Shown here piece by piece: positions 52,828 through 64,000 of a DNA stretch of 64,000 nucleotides. The translations under genes were made by a program, and so were the position numbers. The DNA lies in contig CAVNZM010000003.1 in assembly GCA_963693365.1 (NCBI GenBank), positions 3,481,106 to 3,545,105 of the forward strand. The letters are read 5' to 3'. Position 1 is the stretch's first letter. The number at the start of each line of letters is the position of its first letter. The notes beneath the pieces are model-generated. The model ran no database searches. It was not told the DNA's origin and was given only the letters and a program-made list of their open reading frames with translations. The stretch comes from Amoebidium appalachense. Taxonomy: Eukaryota; Protista; Ichthyosporea.

Positions 52828-53357
52828 CTTAGAAGAGTGCCGCGTCTCTTAATACATACACGTTAGGATACGACACCAACTGACTGTGCCTGTGTATGAA
52901 GCTCCCGTGTGCAGGGAGTTGTCACGTAATGGTAGCAACACGTGTCCCCCACCACGCACGTGCATGCTTATTGTGTAGCCTACGTGTCCGCTATTCCATC
53001 GCATGTGTAGCCTGACAAGGTCTCTACTACGCTTTGCAAGAAGTCTTCCACCAGTGATGCATATACCTTTTTCCAAGTATGTAGTTCAGTGAAGTTGAAC
53101 GAACTTTGAAATTCACCCACCTTTAAGTTACACTTACCTTGTAATAGTATATGTATATATTATACCAAAATAACTTCTACATTGTTAAGTTTAAATGAGT
53201 CAATAGATAGCAATCACGTACTAAGGCTACTAAGGGTTTGGAGTCTGTCGATGTTGTAACACTGAAAATGGCAAAAGCAAACATTGAGCCATAGTGCGAG
53301 GTCGTTGAACTTGACTACACAACGCACTTATTCCTCACAAAAACCACGAACCGTTGA

Positions 53358-55014
53358 ATGCCAACAGTAACGGCGAGCACATCACAAGGTGCCGCTCCAA
53401 CTCACGGCAAGCTGGCGGTGAAAACAAAAGCAAAGCCTCCGTCCAGGAAACAAACACGGATTATTAAACCGTCACGAATTCGAAGCGCAAGCGTAAGCGG
53501 CGCACGTTCGCGGAACTCGACCGTAGCCTCAAGTGTGAGATCGGAACATCATGCCACCGTATTTACGCAACCGCACACGCACTCACCTTGCATCAGCGGC
53601 TGAAGCACGTCAAGGAATGCACGGAGGCGCGCAAGCACTGGCAGGCGACGTTGGCGCGGGCATCGTCCGTGCAAGGGCCCAAACCGGGGAAAGTCGCGAA
53701 GAAGGGGAAGAAGCAGATGAAGTTTGCACCTTCAAAGACGGAGGCCCTCGGGGCTGGAGATTTGAAGAGAACGGGTTCGGCGGAGGAGCAGAAGGGGTCC
53801 TACGCCGGGAGGGAAAATAACGTCACGGTGCCTCCATTGGCCAGGGTTGTTAATAGCATCGCTGCAAAACGGGAGCGGGAGATTCGTCGCGATGAAGAAG
53901 TGGATACATACGACGTCTACGGCGGCACGGAACTCAACGAGGAATGGATCGGTGAGGATGGGGCCGTATGAAGCCAAGGGTTTTGAATTCTCTTCTCACT
54001 CTTCGGCGGCGACCATAAATTACGAGAGTACTTTCGGTCATGGATCACATCCGGAGTATCACGCAACCCAAGCTGGCACAGCCTACTATAATCGTGAAGT
54101 GTCTGGGCCAGACGGTGAGCCTGAGTTTCGTGCAGCGACGGCGTCACCCCGAAGAGCTAACCGGACACGTAGTGGGTCAACGTCAAGCACGGTTGCGTGT
54201 TTGAACGGCTCACGATCGAAACACACACTGCGATTTCAGCGATACGCACGTACTCAAGTCCTTCAGAGTCTGCAGGCCGTGCTCAGTATCCTCACCCGTC
54301 GCAAGTATACAGAACAACAGCTTCTGGGGCCAAATTTCAAGATACGACGGAGCCGCATTTCCGTGCAGGATTTGGGCACGATGACTATTACACACGCCTA
54401 GACTTTGAGAGAGCCAGCCCCCCGGGCCGCTCGGACAGTGAGCACGGCGAACAAAGCCCCCAGCTTGCAGCCGAGCACCACTGGGTGGAATCTGACCGCA
54501 GCGAGAGGGGGGTGGGCTACGGTAGCTGGGACAGGCTCCATGAAACGAACCGGTTGGACACCCCCACTGCATCCGTCATGTCCCAATCACTGCCGGTTAA
54601 AACCCCCGCCGGAGAATACTCGGGTTTGACGGCGGCAAGCTATGTGCACAGACACATGAACACCAGCGTCAGGCGAGAATGTTCGGCAAACCCTTCGAAT
54701 CATACACTGACGACACACTCTCCGTTTGTCGGCGCTTGCCCTCTGGTTCGTCACTGCATGCTGCCCGGAGCCCGTATGATGATACCCGCGAGCGCGAAAC
54801 AGTCGCATATGACGGTCTCGGCAACTGGGGAGGCCTGCGGCAACCGGAGAGCGAGGTGTGGCGTCGGGCTGGCACATCTGCGCCTAACGACTCTAGTTAT
54901 GGTGGTGATAGGTATGGACGTGGTTGGGAGAAAAGGCGCGGAAATTTCGGCGGTGTCGCGTCTGCGTATGGTCTGCCTACTCAATGGAGCGAGGAGATAA
55001 GGTGGAGGCCGTGA
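53358..55014 (+). pseudogene. Intronless single-C2H2 transcription-factor-like gene with about 4 frame changes
   Basis: The frame from 53483 reads KRKRKRRTFAELDRSLKCEIGTSCHRIYATAHALTLHQRLKH (basic tract plus C2H2). Coding-like sequence continues through ORFs 53358-53603, 53588-53971, 53847-54401, 54197-55000 and 54679-55014 in shifting frames. Confidence 0.7.
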
Positions 55015-55203
55015 AGGGACATGGGCCTGAGGTATTATTCGACTGCCTCCCCCGTGCAGGCAGGCGGCTACGAATAAAGAAAACGTTAACATTAGAACTT
55101 CTCAAACAGTGTTGCATTAGTTAATTTGGTTTGAGGTCGCTATAGTTGATCCGGTTTCAAACAATATTAAAGGAATTGCTTTGAGGCGGTGTGGGGAATA
55201 TGT

Positions 55204-58200
55204 TGTAAACAGTTGGACTAGTTAGGATAAGGCAGAGTACAACTGAATCAGAATAAAGACAGAGAACGGGTAGAAAGGCACACGCGGCCAGGTTGCTTTT
55301 ACTATGGGCCGACTCAGTCTGTCTCAGACTTCACTGATGTGATCCCCGTACTGGGACGGCTTTCTTATATAGCCCCCAGGTTTCGGATCAAGGCCCAGGA
55401 TTGGTTCATCCGCGGCCAGCGCGGGTGGCAACATGCCATTCGTGATTCTGGTGCGGTCCGAGCCAGTCAGACCTTCGTCCTATTTATGCAAACCTCTTAT
55501 TGGTTCACTTCGTTTATGTGGTATGCAGCGGAAGAACCATATATGGTTCAATTCTTAGGTCAGAGTGAGTCCTATTGGTGCGGACATAATATTTATGTGA
55601 TATTCATGACAAAGCACGAATCGTGTGCTAGTAGATCACATTCTTTAGTAAACATGTACAGTTCATGTGTACAGTTGTTTACACTCCCCCCCTTGTCGGG
55701 AGCCTGGTGGTGTCGTTAGACAAGCAAACCACCAGGCTGAGAGGCGATAAACAACCTTCAGCGAGAATTCTTGTGCGCCGACCTGCTGGGCAGAACAGAG
55801 CAAGGACGGTTGAATAGAGTTGTGCACGTCTATGAGCACTTCTTCATTTGCCAAAACGTAAATTCATGCAGCATTCTTCTGTGATTTCATTTTCGTGGCG
55901 AAGATTGTTGCAGAGTGTGTGCGAATTGTTCGCTTCGTCTCTGTGCTTGGCTTTTCTGTAGAAGTAGTATTTTTCTTTTGGGAATTTTTCCTTTTTAGGA
56001 TACTCCCGCAGATTCGTTTTCAATTGCGAGTAATTTGGTTGTGTGGATGAATGATCATACCAAACATTCGATAATGAATATAACTCAAGGCTTAGGTCAC
56101 TTCGTAGCTCAGGTAGTGGTGGATAGCTTCAAGGCTTAGCCGCTGCTCCTTATCCCGGTTCTACCTTAAGACTGTAAGGCGAGTCGCCATGGCCAGAAAA
56201 GCCACTTCTTTCATGAACAAATAGCACTTCTTTCCTTTCAGCTTTAACCCTGCATCATCGGAGCTGGGAAAAACATGAATAAAAATGCCCCAAGTGTTCT
56301 TCGTTGGGCGACATAAAGAAATATATCAGCCCGTCAGAATTCGAACCAGTAAAAACCCGGTTCATAATTCATAAGAAGAGGGTAGGCAAAGCAAACCTTC
56401 TTCAGAAAACACATGCTTCCATTCGTGAGCAGTTTTCGTATCCCATTTGCCAGCCATTTTTCGTTGAGCAGGGGGATTCCAGGCATAATACATTCTTCTG
56501 GAGGCTTGGCCTAAAAAGAAAAGTCGTCAGAGTCGCCCTTTCTTTTGTAAGCAACTTCGTGAGCGCGCTTCGTGTTTTCATATCCTCCAGTGCAGGTCTG
56601 GATGGTGCCCCATCCTCTGCTTCATTTGTAGGTGGCCCTACTGTTGGTTCTGTTCGTTGTGTGGAAAACCAAAACCATTCGTGTTCGTGGAACTGCTTTG
56701 TGCTGTGCTTTCTTTCGTGTTGGTGTTCATGAAGTTACCCCGTTCACACACCCTACTTCTTACATACATTAGATGTAAGTAGCTGCCTGGTGAGTGTGTG
56801 GTTCGTGTTCGTGGCATTCTTCTGTTCCGTCGTGAGAAGAATATTCGTTTTAGCAGAGGTGCCCAATAAGTTAGCTTGTGGGGTTGTCTCCCGCATGTGC
56901 CCATTGGTGGGGTATGCACGTGCTAAATTGTTACAGTGTCATCATATTGCAAGGGAATAACATGGTCACCTCCGTACCAGGGCCTAGGTACACATGATGG
57001 TCCGATGTGTTAGTCAACAACACCTTGCATTCGTATTCGTATTCGTCTTCCTCGTCACTTTCTTCAGTAGTGAAGGAGGGTATTCGTAATTCGAAACTGA
57101 AAGGCTTCCAGCCAAAATACTGACACTGTATGCTGGGGTTGTGAGGGAACGGTGCCCATACCACATTCTTTTGTTTTCTTTATTCTGGTGGGGGTGTGCC
57201 GGCAGCAATTTTATTTTGCATGCGGGTATTCCAGGCTTTACAGCATAGTTCGTATGTTATAGTATTTGTACAGTATTGCCACACACTGGCAGTTACCTGT
57301 AAATTCGTACCCCACAGCTTCGTTTGTTTCGCATGCACGAACAAAGTTCTGCATCGACTTTATTACATGCCTTCTGTGCACCAAGAGTGCAAATTCGTTG
57401 GGGCATGGCACCAGGAAGGGCCATACATGAGGCATATGTTCGTAATGTGTTTAGGCATGCCAGCATACGTTCATGCGCATGTTGTGCATCCTGTGCGATA
57501 AACTATGGGGCATGCTGTATTCGACAACAGCAAGAAATTCGAAGCATGCATGCAAAACTACTTTCACAGCACCTTATGTCCTACATGCTATAGGAACAGC
57601 GACTATCTTCTTCTTTAAATGCATTCGTGCTGAAAGTGGCCGTGCATCTGGCTTGCGAGTGTGGACGTGCATGCGGTGGCATGGACACGATGGCAGTGTG
57701 CAATAGCGCAATGCACGCAAGGGCAACGGTTTTATTTTCTTCCTAACATAGAGGGGGCTGTGTGCATTGCAACCCAAGCAGTGTTGTGCATTCGTTCTTT
57801 CATTTTCGTATTTCCAATTCATTTTGCTTTCGTTTTTCGTTTTTTGTCGTTTGATAACTTCGTTACTTCGTTTTGTTTTCGTGTTGCATTCATTTCGTAT
57901 TTCCTCTATGCATTCGTTTGTCGTTAATTCTTTATTTCATTGTGTATTCGTGATGGTTCGTTTTTCGTTGGTTCATTGCTTCGTTAGCAATTCTTTATTC
58001 GTTTGTTCGTGTATTCGTTGTTTCGTTGTGTATTCGTTTTTCTTCACATTTTTTTTGTGTCGTAGCAAAAGCCGTTTTACATGCTTTCAATTCTTTCCGT
58101 GTAGGTGGGCTGGCCACTTCAAACTTGTCGGTGTATATATTCTAAGTCGGACAAGGAAAGATGTACCTATCATCGTGGTAAAAAGGATTTGTGATCGGCC

Positions 58201-58873
58201 ATGGCAGATTCTTGGGGTAATTGAAAGATGTGAGATTCTTGTGCTGATTGAAAGATGTGAGATTCGAAGGATGCGAGATTCTTGAACTGCGCGGTCGCCA
58301 ATTTAAACAGTTGGCAATGTAAAACAGTGTCCTGCCGCGGTCGCCAATGTAAACAGTTGGCAATGTAAAACAGTGTCCTGCCGCGGTCGCCAATGTAAAC
58401 AGTTGGACTAGTTAGGATAAGGCAGAGTACAACTGAATCAGAATAAAGACAGAGAACGGGTAGAAAGGCACACGCGGCCAGGTTGCTTTTACTATGGGCC
58501 GACTCAGTCTGTCTCAGACTTCACTGATGTGATCCCCGTACTGGGACGGCTTTCTTATATAGCCCCCAGGTTTCGGATCAAGGCCCAGGATTGGTTCATC
58601 CGCGGCCAGCGCGGGTGGCAACATGCCATTCGTGATTCTGGTGCGGTCCGAGCCAGTCAGACCTTCGTCCTATTTATGCAAACCTCTTATTGGTTCACTT
58701 CGTTTATGTGGTATGCAGCGGAAGAACCATATATGGTTCAATTCTTAGGTCAGAGTGAGTCCTATTGGTGCGGACATAATATTTATGTGATATTCATGAC
58801 AAAGCACGAATCGTGTGCTAGTAGATCACATTCTTTAGTAAACATGTACAGTTCATGTGTACAGTTGTTTACA
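55204..58873 (-). mobile_element. Non-autonomous gypsy-derived LTR element (3670 bp), recent insertion
   Basis: 480-bp LTRs at 55204-55683 and 58394-58873 that look identical, TSD TATGT on both sides, minus-strand PPT at about 55684-55694 and PBS at 58375-58392. No long ORF, but a minus-strand RT relic (EEHLGH...AGLKLKGKKCYLFMKEVAFL) lies at about 56190-56305. Confidence 0.93.
58375..58392 (-). promoter_or_regulatory. 18-nt PBS TGGCGACCGCGGCAGGAC, probably for tRNA-Arg(UCG)
   Basis: Adjacent to the LTR end and starts TGG. The plus strand GTCCTGCCGCGGTCG-CCA matches my recollection of eukaryotic tRNA-Arg(UCG) 3' ends. Confidence 0.8.
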
Positions 58874-59662
58874 TATGTTTCGCCTAATTAGAGTAATTAC
58901 GCGTTATAACTGTCGTGACGGGCGATAAATTAGATGTGGCATGCCACGGTGTATTTATATTTCAACCAAATTCGTTGCGAGCCCCCATTGGCAGAGTCAG
59001 TCGTATTGTTCCAAAGTTTAGTGCATGGAATGACCACGCGTTTTTCAGGGGCCTGTGGTGGTTTGAACAATTTAGGTTACTTATAATGTAAGCCAGGTAC
59101 AGTGCACCGTGGAACCTCCTTGAAACTTACAGCCTTCTAGCGGTATGGCTTGATGTTTTGGTAGTGCGCTTGGACATTTGCGCGACACTATGCTAAACGT
59201 TTACAATGAATACACGCGCTCCGGTCGCTTTGTATGCTGTTGAGTTTTCGGTCTATTAATCGATTGATAAATACTATTGCCAATGACATGGCCAGTCCTA
59301 TATAGCATCCTAATTGTACAACTTGAAGGATGGTTGCGTGTTACCTTTAAGTCTAAGCTCATTAATTGCCATGTGACACATCGAGACGTAGCTTCCCAGC
59401 CCTGAGGGCTTGCTAGTACAGATAATTATCTTGTAACTTTACGGTATTTTAAGGGTTGTTCGGACTCAATGTTGGCCCAAACGTGTGCAGACGGACACTG
59501 CCACACAGACGAGCTGATGGAGCCCCTTTTCTTTATCTGTTCGGGCTGGAGGAAAAAAAAAAAAAAGGCATGTCTGGCCTTTTCCTGAACAAGTTGGGAA
59601 AAATCCTTGAGAATATCTCGTTGATGAGTGACCTCCCCCCCCCCGCCCCCTCCCCCCCCCCC

Positions 59663-59703
<41 letters not shown>

Positions 59704-60767
59704 AAAAAAAAAAAAAAAGCTAGGTTCAGCCCTCTCACACACTCAGCCGCAAGATAATCCTCAATGACATATGATATTTTCAAAGCTTTGCAGAGATTCT
59801 GACAGTCCTCTACGTACATATACCCCGGCAGCCTCCCTCCCGCGCCCCCCCCCCCCCCCCGGGCCCTCCCTCTCCCCCCTCCTCCCTCCCGACTCTCCCC
59901 CACACACGCGCGCGCGCGCACACACACGCACACACACACACACAAACACACAAACACACATACACACATATGTATAATGCACACACACGCACACACGCAC
60001 GCATGTGTGTGTGTGTGTGTGTGTGCCGTGAGAAAGAGAGAGAGCAAGAGAGAGAGAGAGAGGGAGAGGGGGGGAGAGAGAGACAGGGAGGGGAGGGTAG
60101 GGGAAAGAGAGAGAGAGACGAGGGGGGGAGAGGGACAGAGAGGAGAGAGCGGGGCCCGGGGGAGGGGGGGGGGGGGGAGAGAGGGAGAGAGAGAACCTGG
60201 ATAGGGAGAGGAGAGAGTGGAGAGAGAGAGAGAGAGAAATATGGAGGGAGGGAGGGGGGGAGAGGGTGAGAGAGAGGGGGGGAGAGGGAGGGAGGGGGGC
60301 AGAGAGCCTGAAAGGGAGAGAGAGAGAGAGAGAGTCTCGAGAGAGAGGCTGAGCAAGGCAGAGAGCTGGCAGTCGTCGACACGCCTGGTGGCTCAGCCGC
60401 GATCCAGTTACGGTAGCTATAAAATTACCAAATATGGTGCACAATAAAATGAGCTTATCAAACGATCACATCTTTTACTATAAACGGCAACACCTTTGAT
60501 CGGCGCCCCGCCGCTTTTTTGCAGCAAAAAAAAACCGGACAGTCCGCGACATATGCATGTTCGAATTCAGTTGTTTGAACAGTGCATGTTTTGAGTACCC
60601 GTTCGAATTCTTACATCGTTTTGTTTTACCACCAACATTCATTACCTTTAAGTTTCTCCTCTGTGTTGAAGGTTTGATATACCACACCCTCTTTTTTCCG
60701 CACAGCTTATTTATTAGTCCGTCTTCTCAGAAATTGCACGTTTTTCGGCCCCTACTCAACCGCCAGG

Positions 60768-60859
60768 ATGACCCGCACAGTTCTTGTTACCGGTGCCACC
60801 AAGGGCATAGGCAGGGCCATCGTCAAGCAGCTGTGCGAGCAGGGCTACACGGTAACCAG

Positions 60860-60903
<44 letters not shown>

Positions 60904-62361
60904 CCCGCTCCCCTCCCTCCCCCTCTGCCCCCTCCCCCTCTCCTCTACCCCTTCTCGCCTTCACCGCCCTTTGCTGCCCTTTCGTTTTCCATCAACATTT
61001 CTGTTGGCCGCTGGGGATAGCAACCTCCCCATTTTCCTCACTTCCCTCACCACCCCCAAACTCCCTCTCCACACACCACTTCCCCCATATCACCTATTTA
61101 TAGCTCCTTCTTGCCCCCCCCCTCCCCCCCAGGCGCTTGCCTCTCCCCCTCCCCGCCCTCCCGCCCCCTTCTCTCCTATTTCTGTCTCTCTTTTTTTCTC
61201 TCTCCCTCCCCGCCCCCTCCGCCCCCCCCCCCTTCCCCCCCTCCTTCCCGCCCGCCCTTCTCCCCAGCCTCCCCCCTCCCCCCCTCAGGCGAAGCCCACA
61301 ATCTCAGCCCCCCCACCCTAACCCCTCACCTAACCCCTATGACAACTTCCCCCGCCCTACCCCTCTCCCTTCCTCCCAGCATCTTGCCCCCCCCCCCCCC
61401 CCACACACACACACACACACACGCACACACACCCACGCACAAACACCCCTCAGATCTTGAGCATTCCGACGAAAAAAGCTGGTTTTTGCATCCGCGGGAA
61501 CCGCTGGCCTGCAGTGTTTTTTTTTCCAACATGCAGTTGCATCGTGAAGAGCAAGACACTAGGATGATGAAAGAATCGGCCGAAATTGGGCTGGTGACTC
61601 CGTTTGCACGGATTAACATCATATATTCTTTCATAAGTTTTCGTGTGACGAATTTGGTCCCCTTGCAGAGATTTCGCGCCATTGTGCATCTCTCAATACT
61701 GCAGGAATCTCGTTATTTGTTCGCGTACTGAGATTCGGAATCATTGGTATGGCCATGTAAGCCATGTGGCCTTGAATTCAAAAACAGAATCTGCCGCTTA
61801 TGTCGTAGATGTAGAACATGCAAAAAGTACTCAAATTTGTAATTATTTTTGCAGGTGTATGCAACAGGCAGGGCGCAGTCCGAGCTGGATAGTCTACGAG
61901 AGGAGACGGGGTGCCACGTTGGAAGCTTCAGTTTGGAGGACCCTGACGACGTAGTCAGGCTGTATGCGGAGGCAGTGAAGACTATGGGCCAGGTGGACGT
62001 GTTGGTCAATAATGCCGGATACAGCAACAATAACAAGAAGGTGTGTGTGTGGGGAAGGGCTGTGGTTGTGTGTGTGTGTGGTGGTGGTGGTGGTGGTGGT
62101 GGTGGTGGTGGGAGAGGGGGGGGGGGGGGGGGGGGGGGGGAGGGAGGGGGGTGTTGGTGGGTGGGTGGGTGGGTGGTGGTGGTGGTGGTGGAAGGGGGGG
62201 AGAGGGGGGGGGGGGGGGCGCGGGGGTTGGTGTGTGTGTGTGTAGGTGGGGGGGTAGGTTTTTTTGTCTATTGTGTGTAAGGGGGTGGGTGGGTGGATAT
62301 ATGGTTGGTTGGGTGTGGGTTGGTGCTTTAGCATGTGTGGCGGTTGGGTGGGTGGGTGGGT

Positions 62362-62402
<41 letters not shown>

Positions 62403-62523
62403 TTGTATCTCTCGGTGGAGATATGAGGGTGGTTTTGCGGATGGATCAGTTGGCATGGTGGATGGTGGGAATGGACGTGAGTTTGTATGCAGTGGGGATA
62501 AGTAGCAGTTCTAAGGGTGGCGG

Positions 62524-62561
<38 letters not shown>

Positions 62562-62754
62562 GGTCAGCGGGGAGGATGTGGAGGGGGCGGGAGGGGGCGG
62601 GGGGGATGTGACTATGTGAAGATAGTGGTTGGGTGTGAATGTTGAACTTGGGGAGAAGGAGGTCGGACGGGAGGAGAAAAATTGCCTATGGTTGTGAATT
62701 CGTGGGGCGTGTGCTGTGGGAAGCAGCGATTGTCTTGGTTTTTTTGGGGGGGGT

Positions 62755-62786
<32 letters not shown>

Positions 62787-63757
62787 GGGGGGAGGAAGGG
62801 ATGGCAGCGTGTTGGCCGTTGTCTAGAAGTGTACATGTGCGAGAAAATGGATGTACACAAGCTTTCAACCCCCCCCCCCCCCCCCCCCCCTCCCTCCCTC
62901 CCCGCACACACGCACACCCCACCCCTCCCTCCGTTCCACAGGTGTTTCCCCAAATCCATTCTTTTTTTTTTGATGCTTCTCCCTTTGATCTCGTTTAGTC
63001 CCGAAACGGTCATGTGCAAGGTGGTAAGCAGTAAAGCCTTCTGTTGAAGCTTACTGTAAGAACTGAAAGGTTGGGGAGGGCTGGGATGGAGGGGGAAAGG
63101 GGAGGGGGGAGAAGGAGGAAGGGGGGGGGGGGAGGGGGGAGGGGGGGAGCGATGAAGAGGGGGGGGGGGGGGGGAGATAACTTTGCCATGTTTTTTTTTT
63201 AATCATAACTAGTTATTGAATTTTCGAGCTTTGATCGTTGGTAGGTTTTCTTCCCACTTGCATATTTCCCAACCCCCCTCCCCCCTCCAAGACCTTTTTT
63301 TTTTTGACTTCTCCTCTTCCTCAATTCCCACCCTCTAATGGATACACCCCCCCCCCCCCCCCCCCCCCCTCCCCCCACCTCAGCCTCACCCCACACCCAC
63401 ACCCACACCCACACCTTTCTTATTTCTTTTTTGATTTTTTTTGTCGTTCCCCTTTTTTCTCCGGGTGTGCCTTGTTGAAATTTCTTCTGAGACAGTAGAA
63501 CTTTTTTTTTCTTTTTTTATACATATAATGGACTTTATTCCCCGACAGCGATGAGTGAGTAGATAACTGAAATTTCACCGAAAACACTGAAATTTCAGGT
63601 ACCTGTTGTGGAGGAGACTGTAGCCAATTTCGACCTGCAGATGGCTATTAATTGCCGTGCCCCCTTCATACTGTGCCGGGAGGCCCTGAGGGATATGGGG
63701 GCACGTAAATCCGGACACATGGTCAACATTATCAGCACCGTGGCACTTATAAAGCAG
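60768..63757 (+). CDS. Short-chain dehydrogenase/reductase (classical SDR), partial. Exons 60768-60851, 61855-62040, 63599-63757; continues beyond the window
   Basis: MTRTVLVTGATKGIGRAI (TGxxxGIG), DVLVNNAG, and AINCRAPF..CREAL..M..RKSGHMVNIIS. Introns are phase-0 GT-AG. The YxxxK exon is not reached. Confidence 0.92.
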
Positions 63758-63941
63758 GTGGGGCGCCTCACATCCCTCCTTCCCCATTGATTGAAAGTAA
63801 TGCACGCACATGCACACATACACATATTACTCCCCCCCCCCCCCCCCCCCCCCCCCCCAAGGTGTGATGCCTCACATCCCCCCCGTTCCCCTTAATGAAA
63901 AGCACACGCAAGGGCATACACACATACACACATACACACAG

Positions 63942-63976
<35 letters not shown>

Positions 63977-64000
63977 CCCTGCCCCCGGGCGCCGGAGAAT

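Noticed and set aside
55339-55719. 126-aa ORF (and its twin at 58529-58891) as a duplicated gene
   Set aside because: It lies within the LTRs, antisense to the element, starts at GTG and has no recognisable motif.
56931-57164. KVLLTNTSDHHVYLGPGTEV as a dUTPase
   Set aside because: The dUTPase motifs are absent. It fits a decayed gypsy protease-RT linker equally well.
57767-58285. Hydrophobic 172-aa ORF as an env-like membrane protein
   Set aside because: It results from the TTCGT-rich strand of the ACGAA tract and is antisense to the element.
58290-58406. 46-bp periodic repeat as a CRISPR array or tRNA gene
   Set aside because: The spacers are identical, there are no cas genes and the context is eukaryotic. 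Only an 18-nt tRNA 3'-end match is present, which fits a PBS.
62942-63020. Extra SDR exon (CAG|GTGTTTCCC...)
   Set aside because: It has an in-frame stop, and exon 2 joins exon 63599 directly with normal SDR spacing.

Overview
Eukaryotic genomic DNA with spliceosomal GT-AG introns and very abundant poly-G/poly-C, (GT)n and (GA)n tracts. Most ORFs in the ORF track are microsatellite noise. (1) 1-29 kb holds a tandem family of C2H2 zinc-finger genes with uninterrupted CDSs and 8 fingers: three intact copies and three decayed copies. Full-length copies share a near-invariant N-terminal KVCPHCKGCGLVxDDEGINVNP motif, while the recognition helices diverge. A decayed multi-exon GH13 alpha-amylase-like gene (minus strand) and small MITE-like or hairpin elements lie among them. 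(2) 32.1-41.5 kb holds an intact six-exon CRT-like (chloroquine-resistance-transporter family) gene of 562 aa. Its introns carry serial copies of the neighbouring exon ends that differ mostly at synonymous sites, which is the most unusual signal in the window. (3) 43.8-58.9 kb is an LTR-retrotransposon nest: a young Ty1/copia element inside a decayed chromodomain-bearing Ty3/gypsy element, then a frameshifted single-C2H2 transcription factor gene, then a young non-autonomous gypsy derivative with a triplicated PBS/LTR-end junction. (4) 60.8-64 kb holds the first three exons of an SDR oxidoreductase. All alignments, codon counts and coordinates were done by eye; no database searches were run.
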